Source: Azolla caroliniana
Taxonomy: Eukaryota; Plantae; Polypodiophyta
Assembly (NCBI GenBank): GCA_043228905.1
Contig: JBHGNT010000007.1
Location: forward strand, 11,780,001 to 11,844,000
Direction: 5' to 3'
DNA length: 64,000 nt
Position 1 is the first letter of the stretch; the number at the start of each line of letters is the position of its first letter. Shown in pieces: positions 53,488-64,000 of the stretch. The notes under the pieces are model-generated. The model was not told the DNA's origin, ran no database searches, and saw only the letters and a program-made list of their open reading frames with translations. Position numbers and translations under genes: made by a program.

Positions 53488-55375
53488 GAATGTGTAATCC
53501 TGTAGCGCCAAAGCCCAACGGAGTAAGCGACCAGGTGGATGAGCCTTCTTTATGAGAGAGAGCAATGGTTGATGGTCGGTTTCAACTGATGTATTTGATT
53601 CGTGTAGGTATGGGTGGAAACAATGGAATGCCCAGACGATGGTGAGCAACTCTTTTTCGGTTGTCGACTAATTTTGTTCGGCTTTGGTAAGTGACCGACT
53701 TATGTAGGCAATCGGGCGTAGTTGGTCGTTGTCGTCGGATTGGAGCAGGACTGCCCCAAGGCCGACATTGGAGGCATCCGTCTGCAGATGGAAAGGTTTC
53801 GTCAAATCAGGGTGGGCGAGGAGGTCAGAGGCTTGGAGTGTTCGCTTGAGCTGTAGGAAGTTGGATTCGCAGGCTTCGGTCGATAGGAAGGGTGTGTCTT
53901 TTTGCAGGAGCGCGCAAAGTGGGGCTGACAGGTCCGCTAGCCGTGGGATGAAGCGGAGAGAGAATGTGAGGAGGCCGAGGAAGCGTTGAAGCTGCTTAAC
54001 TGTGGTGGGGCGTGGGAATTTTTGGACTGCTTCCGTCTTCTTTGGGTCCATCTGTACTCCGTCGGAGGAGATGACGTACCCGAGGAAGCGGAGGCGCGTA
54101 CTACCCCATCGACACTTCTTCCATTGCAACTACAATCGATAGCGTTGAACACAAGTGAGGACCTCTCGAAGGACTTGAAGGTGTTCCATCCAAGTGCTTG
54201 TATGTATCAGAATATCGTCTAGATAGACGATGAGGATGCGGCGGGTGATGAGATCATCGAAGATGGCGTTAGCTATTCACTGGAATGTGTTCCCAACATC
54301 GGATAGGCCGAAGGGCATCCATGTGAACTGAAAAATGCCTTTCCTAGTACGGAATGCAGTTTTGTGGGCATCTTTAGGATTCATAAGGATCTGCCAATAT
54401 CTCGAGGCCAGATTGAGGGAGGTGAAGTACTTTGATTTGCTGAGTTGGTCAAGGAGGTCGTCGATACGAGGGAGAGGATATCGGTCATGGGTGGTGACAT
54501 GGTTTAGTTGTCAAAAGTTGACACAAAAACGGTAAGAGCCATCCCCTTTCTTTACCATGTGTGGCTCCGAGATCCACTCGCTCTTGGAAGGTGTGATAAT
54601 CCCTTGTTGTAGCATAGTTTTGACGGCATTGTCGATGCGCTCGTGGTCGAGAGGCGAGCGACATCGAGGAGCTGCGTGGATGGGGCGGGCGTTGCCTGTA
54701 GGAATCGTGTGGTGGATCGAAAAACGGACGGAGGGAGGTTTTGCAAGTGGTGTAGACAACGAGGGAAAGGTGTCTAGGAGTCGTCGGATGTCGTGGATGT
54801 GCTCTATCGATGATACGAGGTAATGTGTATTGCTGATGTGGGTGGTATCTCGTGGAGTAGTGAAGAGTGTGATCGGAAGGTGATTGGGGAGGATGAGCTG
54901 TTGTGAGGAGAAATTGAGACAGGCTCGACTATGGAGGAACCAATCACAGCCCAGGGTGATTGGGAACAACTGGCATAGGAGGACGTAGAAACAATGTTGG
55001 ATCTGGGCGGAACTGATGGTGAGCATGCACATGACTTGCGTATGTGAGTGGTACACCCGTTGTTGGTTGCCGAAGAGGATTTTAATGGGCGGTGCGTAGC
55101 TCGTGGGAAGTTGTAATTGGGTGACTAAATCTGCGTTGATGGAAGAGATGTCGTTGCCGGAGTCGAGGAGAACTTCTTGGGTCGTGTGTTGGAGGCGGGC
55201 GATTGTGGTACAAACGAGCGAAGTTGATGACGTGGAGGTGTGGAGGCGTGGACATGCGGGGTCGGCTCGATCGTGGTATAAACGGGAGAAGTTGATGACA
55301 TGGAGGTGTGGACGTGCGGGGGCGGCTCGATCGTAGGAGAAACGGGAGAAGTTGATGACGTGGAGGCATGGACGT

Positions 55376-55418
55376 GCATGGGTGGCTCTCCCTGCGCCAC
55401 CCCGCGCATTAGTTTTCC
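55376..55418 (-). promoter_or_regulatory. Candidate gag/pol -1 frameshift signal
   Basis: G GAA AAC TAA at the gag end, followed by a GGGTGGC/GCCACCC stem. Confidence 0.6.
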
Positions 55419-56825
55419 GGGAGCTCAGAGAGGGAGGCAATGTCGACTAATTGGACGTTCTGCTTCTGTTGGTGATTTTGCCACTTTCGGCAATGACGCT
55501 GAATGTGGCCATAGTTGTTGCGGTAGAAACATTTGGGCCGTCCTTGGCTATCTCGTTCGGGCAATGCACGCTTGGCACGTAATTGCGTGTTTTGGACGTC
55601 GATGTCCATGGGAGTGGCGGCTTGCATAGTGTTTGTATGATTGTGACTGAGATTACCTGGTGTGTGCATGTCGTGCGCGTCTGCAGCTTCGATGCGTTGG
55701 GCAATGAGGATGGCTTCGTGTAGTGTCGTCGATCCTTGATCGCGTACACGGCGACGGAGGTCATGTCGGATACGCGGCCAAAAGAAAAACAACTTCATGT
55801 CTCCCGACATGTTGGCGTCAGTCCGACGTAGGATCTGCACAAACCGAACCACGAACTAGGTGATGGGTTCGCGTGGTTGTTGGGCAATTGACTCGAGTTG
55901 TTGTAGGGCCGTCTGGCGGGAGTCTTGATGAGCAAAATTCCGAATCATGGCTGCCCGTAACAGATCCCAGTCGTTGCGTGTCTCTTCGGGTTGTTGTATG
56001 AGCCATGTTGCTGCGATATTCTCGAGGAGTGTCTTCATTTCCATTGCCTTCCGAGGGTGTGGCCACTGGTGGTAACTGGCCACCATTTCGAAATGATCCA
56101 GCCAAGAGAGGATGTCTTCCGATGGTAGGCCGGAGAATGGTTTTGGGCGAACTCAAGGGTCCGGGAGATTCTGTTGTGGCTCGGATCTTGCTGAAAGAAA
56201 TGACAACATGGCTTGGTTAGTATGGTTAACTTGTAAACTAATGTTGGACAGGGCTTGAACCAGTTGGTCGATTGACGATGTGGGCTGATGGTCTTGAATT
56301 TCTTGTTGGAGGAATTCCGGATTCATTGAGTTGGCGTTGCCGCCGTTGTTGTCGTGTTGCATCGTGGCGTGTGTTGTTGGGGTCATGAGTTGGGGTTGCT
56401 TTGCCCGTCTTCTCCACCAAGATGTGAAATGCTCAAGATGTGAAATGCTCTCAAAATGCTCTCAAGAATAGCTCACTTTCCATTACATTCTAAGTTACAT
56501 TTTATAGACTACTCTTAGCGTGGAGGGTGTTCTCCCACTCCAATTAGCTCTTCTAATTATGGGGCTTGGTAGGGGCCTAATTTGGGTGTGGTCCATGTGA
56601 CCGCCACAATACTATAAAAACCCCTTATGAGGGGACATAAAGAATATAGTTTTTTCCCCTCTCATTTTTGTGTTATTTCTTATTTTCACTCTCCTTCTCT
56701 CTCACACACACATAATCCCCTTGGGAGGGGGGTAGGCTTCACCCCCAACTCATTAACACTTTTGGCAAGCCCTAACGGACGACCCCCTTGAGAGGAAGTC
56801 TATCCTCACTCTCCGTCTCCCTTAA

Positions 56826-56827
<2 letters not shown>

Positions 56828-56868
<41 letters not shown>
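56828..56868. repeat. (CT)n microsatellite
   Basis: About 19-20 CT units. Confidence 0.95.
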
Positions 56869-56873
<5 letters not shown>

Positions 56874-59800
56874 TCCTCTAAGTTTGTGTGTTGGTGCAAC
56901 TGAAGACACGGTGGGTGTGCCATGAGAGGAGTGGCTTCAGTATTCGCCCCCCATAACCATTCCCTTAGAGAGGAACTCTCTCTCATAACCCTAAGGTTCC
57001 TGCTTGTTCTTCTATGTTCGACAGCTAGCACCAAGTTGTGATCAAGGAGCAGAAGGTTTCCGTCCCAAATATGTGTGTCTCTTCAGAAATGATTTCGTAT
57101 AATACTTCTTCATTCACATCACAGGCAATGCTGGTCATGACTTCTACTTATACTTCTGCTTCGAATCCATCATTCGTTAAGGTTTCTATAAATCTATGAG
57201 ATAAGTCTATATTTTCCTCACCATCAACGATTTATACTCTCTAAACTTTCCATCTCCCTGTATGTCTTTTTGTAAGGACTATACATCATAGTTTAGCGAT
57301 TGCTTCTGCCTCTAATCCATGAATATCTAAACGTTCATCCTAGCACGAAAAAGAAATGCCATTGCTTATTTTCTGGTTGTGATCCATCTTCTCAGGTTTC
57401 AACGGATCTTTGTTGAGCTAATATTCCTTCCTCCACACAAGGAAGCCTAGACATGGCGTTTTCTAGCTTGTCATTCTCTGAGAAGAAGTCACTGTCATTC
57501 TTTGAGATTGGTCTGCTAGTGCAGAGTATGGATATAGCTCATCAGGCTATGGACATAGACATTCGACATCCGGCAGCCGGCGATTGGCAGTGACGGGACG
57601 GCTGAAACAGAGACGGTCGAGCGCCGGCCGTTGAACAGAGCCAGCTAGACAGCCATGGACAACCAGAGGCGAACAGCCAGGCAGTCGACAACCGGCAGCC
57701 AGCGGACAAACGGCCATGGCTGAGACGGCTTGCAGAAGGAAAACAGAGTCAGAGAGAGATGAGGGCCATCTCCACATAACCTAGAAAACATCAAATCCTA
57801 GCCGACCGAAGAGGTGGCAACGGTCGAGAATGACCATGGCCGAGAGTACGGCCAAGTGATGACCGAAAAACGACGGCTGAGACGCGCGGCGAAAAGCATA
57901 GCCGAGATGCGCGGCTGAGAAGACGGCCGAGACGCGTGGCCGAGAGTACGGCCAAGTGATGGCCGAAAAACGACGGCCGAGATGCGCGGCGAAGAGCATA
58001 GCCGAGACGCGCGACCAAGAATATGGCCAAGATGCGCAGCCGAAAGTATGGCCAAACAGCCACCCAAGAGAGACCACCAACGGGCCAAACGACCAAAAAG
58101 ACACTGGCCGAACAGACACGACCACCGACGACTCAGCTGGCCGACCTGAGAGATGGCCGTCGGACAGTCGGTGATGGTGACGGTCGACAGATGGCCAACG
58201 GACAGGCACGACCAACGACCGACGAATTGAAACGACTTAGACAGACATAGACATAGACACAGACACAGACGAAGACAGATACAGAGAAGAAAACAGAAAG
58301 GAAGGAGAAGAAGAACACAGGAAGAAGACAGAGAGAAGACGTAGAACAAGAAAGTGGCGAAGAAGAAAAAGAAGGAAAGAAGAGAGACAAGAGGGGTATG
58401 AAGAGGAAATTTCAAAAGCTCAAGGGCATAAGATGAAATTTCAAAAGCTCAAGGGCATAACGTCAGATTTCAAAAAGTGGAGGGCAGATGCAGAATTTGG
58501 AAAACTCAAGGGCCAAAAATAAAATTTCAAAAAAGAAAAAGAAAACTTGAGGTTAAAAATTTTAGAGACCAACGGTACAAAATACAAAGCTCAATTCACA
58601 TGACGAAACCGAAAAATACACATACATGTAACCGAATCATGAAAGGCCCATGCCGCAATGCAGGAGCCAATTGGTGTGTGATCCAATTGAGCAACATGCT
58701 GACCGAACGAGAAGGTTTGAGTCAAGCAATGCTCTGATCGAAGTTATCGATCGTAGAGCTATGATCCGGTCGATGGATTTTCGACTGTTGAGATGATCGA
58801 TGGAGTTCTGGTCGTTAATAGTTCCCATGGCGAGTGGTTTCACCTTCCCACAGGTGTGCCATGTGTTACCCGTAGGAGTTGTATGGGGCGGTATAAGGAT
58901 AAAACACGTTAAAGGGGTTGTTCGGTATGTGTAATGTATATGAGTGTGAGGATGAGTATGTGTGAGCACATGCACAATTATGTGCATGTGACAAGAATGT
59001 AACGGTCTCTTTTTGTAAAAGAAATTATTTACCATTACATTATGTACTATAAAAACCCCTTATGGGGGCACATAAGGAATATAGTTTTTTCCCCTCTCAT
59101 TTTTGTGTTATTTCTTGTTTTCACTCTCCTTCTCTCTCACACACACATAACCCCCTTGGGACGGGGGTGAAGCCATTCTAGGCTTCACCCCCAACCCATT
59201 AACACGCACCGTTATATTTGCAAAAGGACAGAAGGTCGAATCGGATATCGACTTGTGGCACAAGCAGATCGCCCACGTGAACTATCAGAGGCTTCAAGAC
59301 CTACAATCGAAACAAGTTGTTTTCGGATTGCCAAAATTTAATGGCCAGAAGGCCCAAATTTGTGAAGCCTCGATCTAATACATTCAGATGTTTTGGTGGG
59401 AGCCGATATTTCGTCTCCTTCATCGATGAATAGAGCTGGCACACATGGATCTACCTAATTGAAAGGAAAAGCAAAGTTTCCAACAGTTTCCGGAACCTGC
59501 AAAGTCTTGTAGATTGGGAAACAGAGAGGAAGATCACTTGCATGCGTTCAGATGGCGGAAAAGAATATTTTTCTGGCCATATCAATAGTTATTTGCAACA
59601 GAAAGGAATTCGGAGAGAATTCAGTTGCCGATACACACCGGAACAAAACGGTGTGGCTGAAAGGAGGAACCGGTCGATTGTGGAGGCGGCATTGGAAATG
59701 CTCGAAGAGAAGAGCATGCCCAAGTTCTACCTAGCTGAAGCATCCAAAACCGGATCAGGGATAAGGTCTCAACACACAAATTGTATTTCCAGATGAAGCC

Positions 59801-62347
59801 GAATTTAAGGCACCTTAAGATATTTGGAAGCATTGCATATGTGCGTGTGCCGGATGAGAAGTAGGGAAAGCAGGACCGAAGTCGGAGAAGTCCATTTTGG
59901 TCGGCTAGTCACATGAATAGATGGGGTATAAGTGCTAAACCTCTGGACAAAGACAGTCCAAGTAAGCTGAGATGTCGAGTTCAATGAATTGGCATCATGG
60001 TACTCTCTACCGACTCTGACTCGATTCCGAACGATGAGGCCAATGAGCCCGAAATGATCTGGGCAGAAGATGAAGAAGGATTTGGTACTCTACATGAGAG
60101 TCTGATCTCATTCCGGCTAAGTTTGCCGAATGAGCGACTAAATCGGAATGACCAATCAGATGAAGGTTGGCGAGTAGTGGAGACTCGGTTATGCTCTCCC
60201 CACGCAAGGAACTGAGGAGACGGTTCACGTGCAAAGAGAAGGGGAAGAAGAAGATGCCGGAATACGCCACCAGCATAGACGAGTTAGATCGGAACAAATT
60301 TGACTTCGGAAAGAACGAAGACAGACCTTTACAGACGAAGTTTGAACCGGTCAAGAGGGCCTTGAAATCGGCTAACGAGAAGTTACGTTGATCCACCCGC
60401 CAAAAGAACCCCATAAAAAGGTACGGTAAAATGAGTACATGGCACATCACTATGTGTACATGACGAAAGTGGCGGAGGTGCGTCAGCCGGAGAGCTACGC
60501 AGAAACGGCAAGGGACGCACATTGGCATGCCGTATGCAGGAAGATATGCGGGCACTTGATGCCAACGACACATGGGACCTAGTTTACCCTCCCCGACATT
60601 ACAAACCGATCGGTTGTAAGTGGATGTACAAGGTGAAGTATAATGTTGACGGTTCGGTCAACCGGTACAAGGCCTGGTTAGTGGCCAAAGGATACGCGCA
60701 GACCCACGGAATCAACTACGACGATACCTTCGCTCCGGTAGTGAAGTTGACGACAGTGCATGTGGTGCTAGCGGTTGTTGTGGAAAGGGCATGACATCTT
60801 CACCAAATGGACATGAAGAATGCGTTTCTTCAAGGCGATCTTGAAGAACAGGTCTACATGACCCAAACCCCCGGTTTTAAGTCAGAGATGAACAAGTCGG
60901 TAGTATGCCGACTCAAGAAGTTGCTTTACGGCCTGAAGCAAGCTCCCCATGCTTGGAACTCAAAAATCACGCACTGGTTGCGTAAGATGGGGTTTGCGGG
61001 CTTGAAGTCGGACTCTGCATTGTTCATCCGGAAAGGTCTAGAAGGTCCAGTATGTATCCTGTTATATGTAGATGTTCTAGTCATCACCGGACCCAGACTG
61101 GCTGAAATCGGCTGAGTGAAGTCCCAACTTTCGGATGCTTCCGAAATGAAGGACCTGGGGGACCTTCATTACTTCCTCGGGATCGAAGTGATCCACACCC
61201 CCGACGACATATTGCTCCTTCAGCGACACTATGTGCTAAATATGTTGTACATGTTTGGCATCACCGATTGTTGACTAGTCTCCACCCCCCTTGAACCGGA
61301 ACCTAAAGATTCGTCCTAACTCCGGATTGGGTTGCGACGAGAAACGGTTCTGAAAAATTTTCGGAAGCCTTATTTATTTGACAATCACATGACCCGCCAT
61401 TAGCTATCCGGTCGGAGCGATAAGTCAATTCATGCAGAAGCTGACTATGGAGCACCTTCAGTGCGCGCACCGAATACTGAGGTATGTTAGCGGCACTCAG
61501 GATCGAGGACTATTATACTGACATGGTATAACTGAGAAGCTAGTCGGATATACCGATGCCGACTGGGCCGGAGATGCGTCGGATCGACGATCCACTTCCA
61601 GATTCTTGTTCTCTCTAGATAGCACGGTTGTTGCATGGCGCAGCAAAAAGCAACCAATAGTGGCCCTGTGGAGCACTGAGGCTGAATATCAAGGCCCTAC
61701 CATTGCCACTTGTGAAGCCATCTGGCTTCAACGGTTATTGCAAGACCTCTGAATTGAAGTCTTGACTCTAATCCCGATCTATTGCGACAACATGAGCAAC
61801 ATGCAACTAATCAAGAACCCTGTGTTCCATGCTCGAACAAAGCACATAGAAGTGCATTATCACTTTGTGCACAGACAGATCGGCAGGTTGCCAACATCTT
61901 CACCAAACCTCTCGGCCTGGAGAAGTTGCAACATTTTTTGGAGATGCTTGGTCTTCAACATCTCGACATGCCGTACTTGAGGGGGAGAACTAGGATTGAT
62001 ACGGGGACTAGGACCGATATGGGGAGAACCAGAGCGGAACTTGGGAAAACAGGTGATGGCACTAGACAAAGAGTCGGAGAGATAGGGGGAGACAAGAAGA
62101 AGAAAAAGGAAGCCAAGTCGACTGAAGAAGTCCGCACATCCGATAAAGTCGGAAGAAGCGGTGACGGCGATAGAGTCAAGAAGGACAAAGTCGATTGAAA
62201 GGCCAAGACCCAGACATGGTCCGACGTGGTGAAGGGTCTAGACTTTGAGGAAGAATTTGAGACAACCAATTCAGACAAGAGCTGGAATGAATTGGAGGCA
62301 CTCGATTCGGAAGAGGTACTTGATTCAGAGGAAACACCGGGTCATTT

Positions 62348-64000
62348 GAAACAGGTAATATGTCGCATTATGAGAACACTACGTCGAAAAAGGGCACAAA
62401 AGCACGCAGTTTTCAAAAAGACACGACGCATGCGTAAATCTTTTCAGAAAAGGTGGCAAAATATATTGAATTTCAACATGACTACCACTTTGAGTCATAA
62501 GTAAAATGCCTCCAAAAATACATCACCAAAATTACAAAATAATGTACAACATGTCTACCAGTTACAATTATACATATTCGTGAGTTTACATCCAAAACAA
62601 ATTTACAAAGTTTCCGATCATGTAGTAAAACAATCCCCAGCTTGAACCAAACCAATATATTAAGACATGTCTGATGGACTAGAAGAGCATTCTGACGTCT
62701 CATCCTCATCATCAGTGGCAATCAAAGCATTATCCTCATCCAATTCCAACCCAACATCTTTGTGGTTATGAGAATTGCTTCTGGTTATTCTCTGTATTTC
62801 GTTTGACACCATGTTTGGGATTTTCTCCTTTATTATCTTGATAGTTGCTTGTCTTAGATGACCTGATTTTGTCAATGAGAAGTCATATACTAGTATGTCA
62901 ACACGGTCTAGTGCGAGAGTAGCCGTGCTCGGTATATTCTTTTTTCTTCTCTTTCTGCTTGACCATCCGACATCCTTAACCATCTCTAAAGAATACTTTC
63001 CTGTAAATGCATCAGTTGAATTTGTCTGATACCAGTGGACTACTATTGACTTTGTCTGACTACTTTCTTCATCCCTTACTAATTCAATAATTTTTGCAAT
63101 CCAAAATGGATGGCCCAAGGTATCGTCCCCTACTAATGTTGCAACCAACATTCCCACTTGTAGTTCTTGCAAATTACCTTGCCATCTTGCCTCAACAGTA
63201 CGTGACTTTCTTGGTCCCACATAAATATCTCTTTGCAGTGGCCAAACTAAATCATGAAGCTCCATATTATTCGATTGTTGGTGATGAGTCTGCGATATCG
63301 TTGATGTCATCCCAATGTTCCATGTGAATGGGATACAGATTGGCCATAAACCGGCGATGTAATTTTCTAAAATGGTGCGTTGATGGGTGAAGAAAATCTC
63401 CCACCATTCAACATCCTCATCACCGGCATACTTCTTAGTCCGATCAATATTATTTTGTTTCTCTGCTAGACATCTCAACCAATATGCCCTTTGTTCATCA
63501 ATAGTACTATTTGGTGCTACATTTTTACGATCATCATATGGCATTTGTTGTGCACCATGTAGAGGTTCATCTGGGATATGAAGAAGGAGCCTACAACCTT
63601 CTTGGGGCTCCCATTGTGCACTAGATGAGTATTGTTTTGCAAACAACACCGTCATCTTGAGGTGGGCCAATCTTTGTTTTATGAGGAAGACATGGTTGAA
63701 ACTTATATTATTAAGAGGTGCAAGCACCCTACCTTTAGTCCCGTCACTATCCATGCAGAAACGTTTAAAGTCGTATACTTCTTCCAAGTGTTGTACTTCA
63801 GGCTTTGGTGTATATGCTTCACTAATCAATTTGGATAGCGTGGGAAGTGTGAAAGCATTACAGCGAGCAAGTTTCTTTGAGAACCTACTGAACATTTGAT
63901 CTATGTGATCATGGGTATGACCAACCAACAAGAAGTTAACATTTATCTTTTTAAATATGCCCCTCTCTACTAGCATGCTTAGATAGCCAAAGACAGTTGA
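62348..64000 (-). mobile_element. Sola1-like DNA transposon, one end; continues beyond the window
   Basis: Copia homology stops at ATTT (62344-62347, AWWT-type target). A transposase-like ORF follows. Confidence 0.55.
62660..64000 (-). CDS. Putative DDD transposase C-terminal half (Sola1/DUF7869-like); frame open to the window edge
   Basis: 446 uninterrupted sense codons. Motif LVERGIF..I..NFLLVGHTHDHIDQMFS, C-terminal VGMLV...PFWIAKI...VHWY module and an acidic tail. Confidence 0.72.
   Translation of the reverse strand, partial: STVFGYLSMLVERGIFKKINVNFLLVGHTHDHIDQMFSRFSKKLARCNAFTLPTLSKLISEAYTPKPEVQHLEEVYDFKRFCMDSDGTKGRVLAPLNNISFNHVFLIKQRLAHLKMTVLFAKQYSSSAQWEPQEGCRLLLHIPDEPLHGAQQMPYDDRKNVAPNSTIDEQRAYWLRCLAEKQNNIDRTKKYAGDEDVEWWEIFFTHQRTILENYIAGLWPICIPFTWNIGMTSTISQTHHQQSNNMELHDLVWPLQRDIYVGPRKSRTVEARWQGNLQELQVGMLVATLVGDDTLGHPFWIAKIIELVRDEESSQTKSIVVHWYQTNSTDAFTGKYSLEMVKDVGWSSRKRRKKNIPSTATLALDRVDILVYDFSLTKSGHLRQATIKIIKEKIPNMVSNEIQRITRSNSHNHKDVGLELDEDNALIATDDEDETSECSSSPSDMS

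Larger units (their letters stand above)
46123..56608 (-). mobile_element. Ty3/gypsy element with short LTRs, degenerate, containing copia-A copy 4
   Basis: LTRs at 46123-46306 and 56439-56608. PBS TGGTGGAGAAGACGGGCA (tRNA-Ala-like) at about 56402-56419, PPT at 46307-46316. Gag with knuckle remnant, PR LLDSG, RT YLDD, RH TDAS, INT HDHPLSGH / GWDIMGP / SDRG / TERLN. Confidence 0.93.
45937..59204 (+). mobile_element. Non-autonomous LTR retrotransposon (LTRs about 340 bp, internal region about 2.1 kb with no recognisable pol)
   Basis: LTR1 is 45937-46122 plus 56613-56758; LTR2 is 58864-59204. TSD TGCAC/CGCAC. CTATAAAAACCCC promoter motif on +. Orientation is inferred from that motif. Confidence 0.85.
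45885..62347 (+). mobile_element. Old copia-B-like remnant split by nested elements (45885-45936 and 59205-62347)
   Basis: RMFILDTND before the insertion continues as IFAKGQKVESD after it. Degenerate INT, RT, RH and 3' extension follow. No LTRs. Confidence 0.85.

Overview
Eukaryotic, almost certainly land-plant DNA. The PLS-type PPR fragment, the GRP7-like retrocopy and the TE lineages suggest a fern or other seed-free plant (inference). The window is a stack of nested transposable elements with no intact host gene. It holds four copies of one Ty1/copia family (A) and two of a related family (B), a long-LTR non-chromovirus Gypsy, a short-LTR Gypsy that looks animal-type, a non-autonomous LTR element, two L1-like LINEs, three RTE/RTEX-like LINE pieces, a hAT MITE and the end of a Sola1-like DNA transposon whose transposase frame is still open. 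Host-derived pieces are a PPR fragment and a processed GRP7-like pseudogene. The most unusual signals are: an LTR element with tRNA-Arg-like sequence at both internal LTR junctions and no PPT; a candidate -1 frameshift cassette between protease and RT; the animal-like Gypsy; and a duplicated PPT bracketing a long Pol C-terminal extension in both copia families. Family and tRNA assignments come from motif recall, not database searches. Coordinates were counted by hand and may be off by a few bases.
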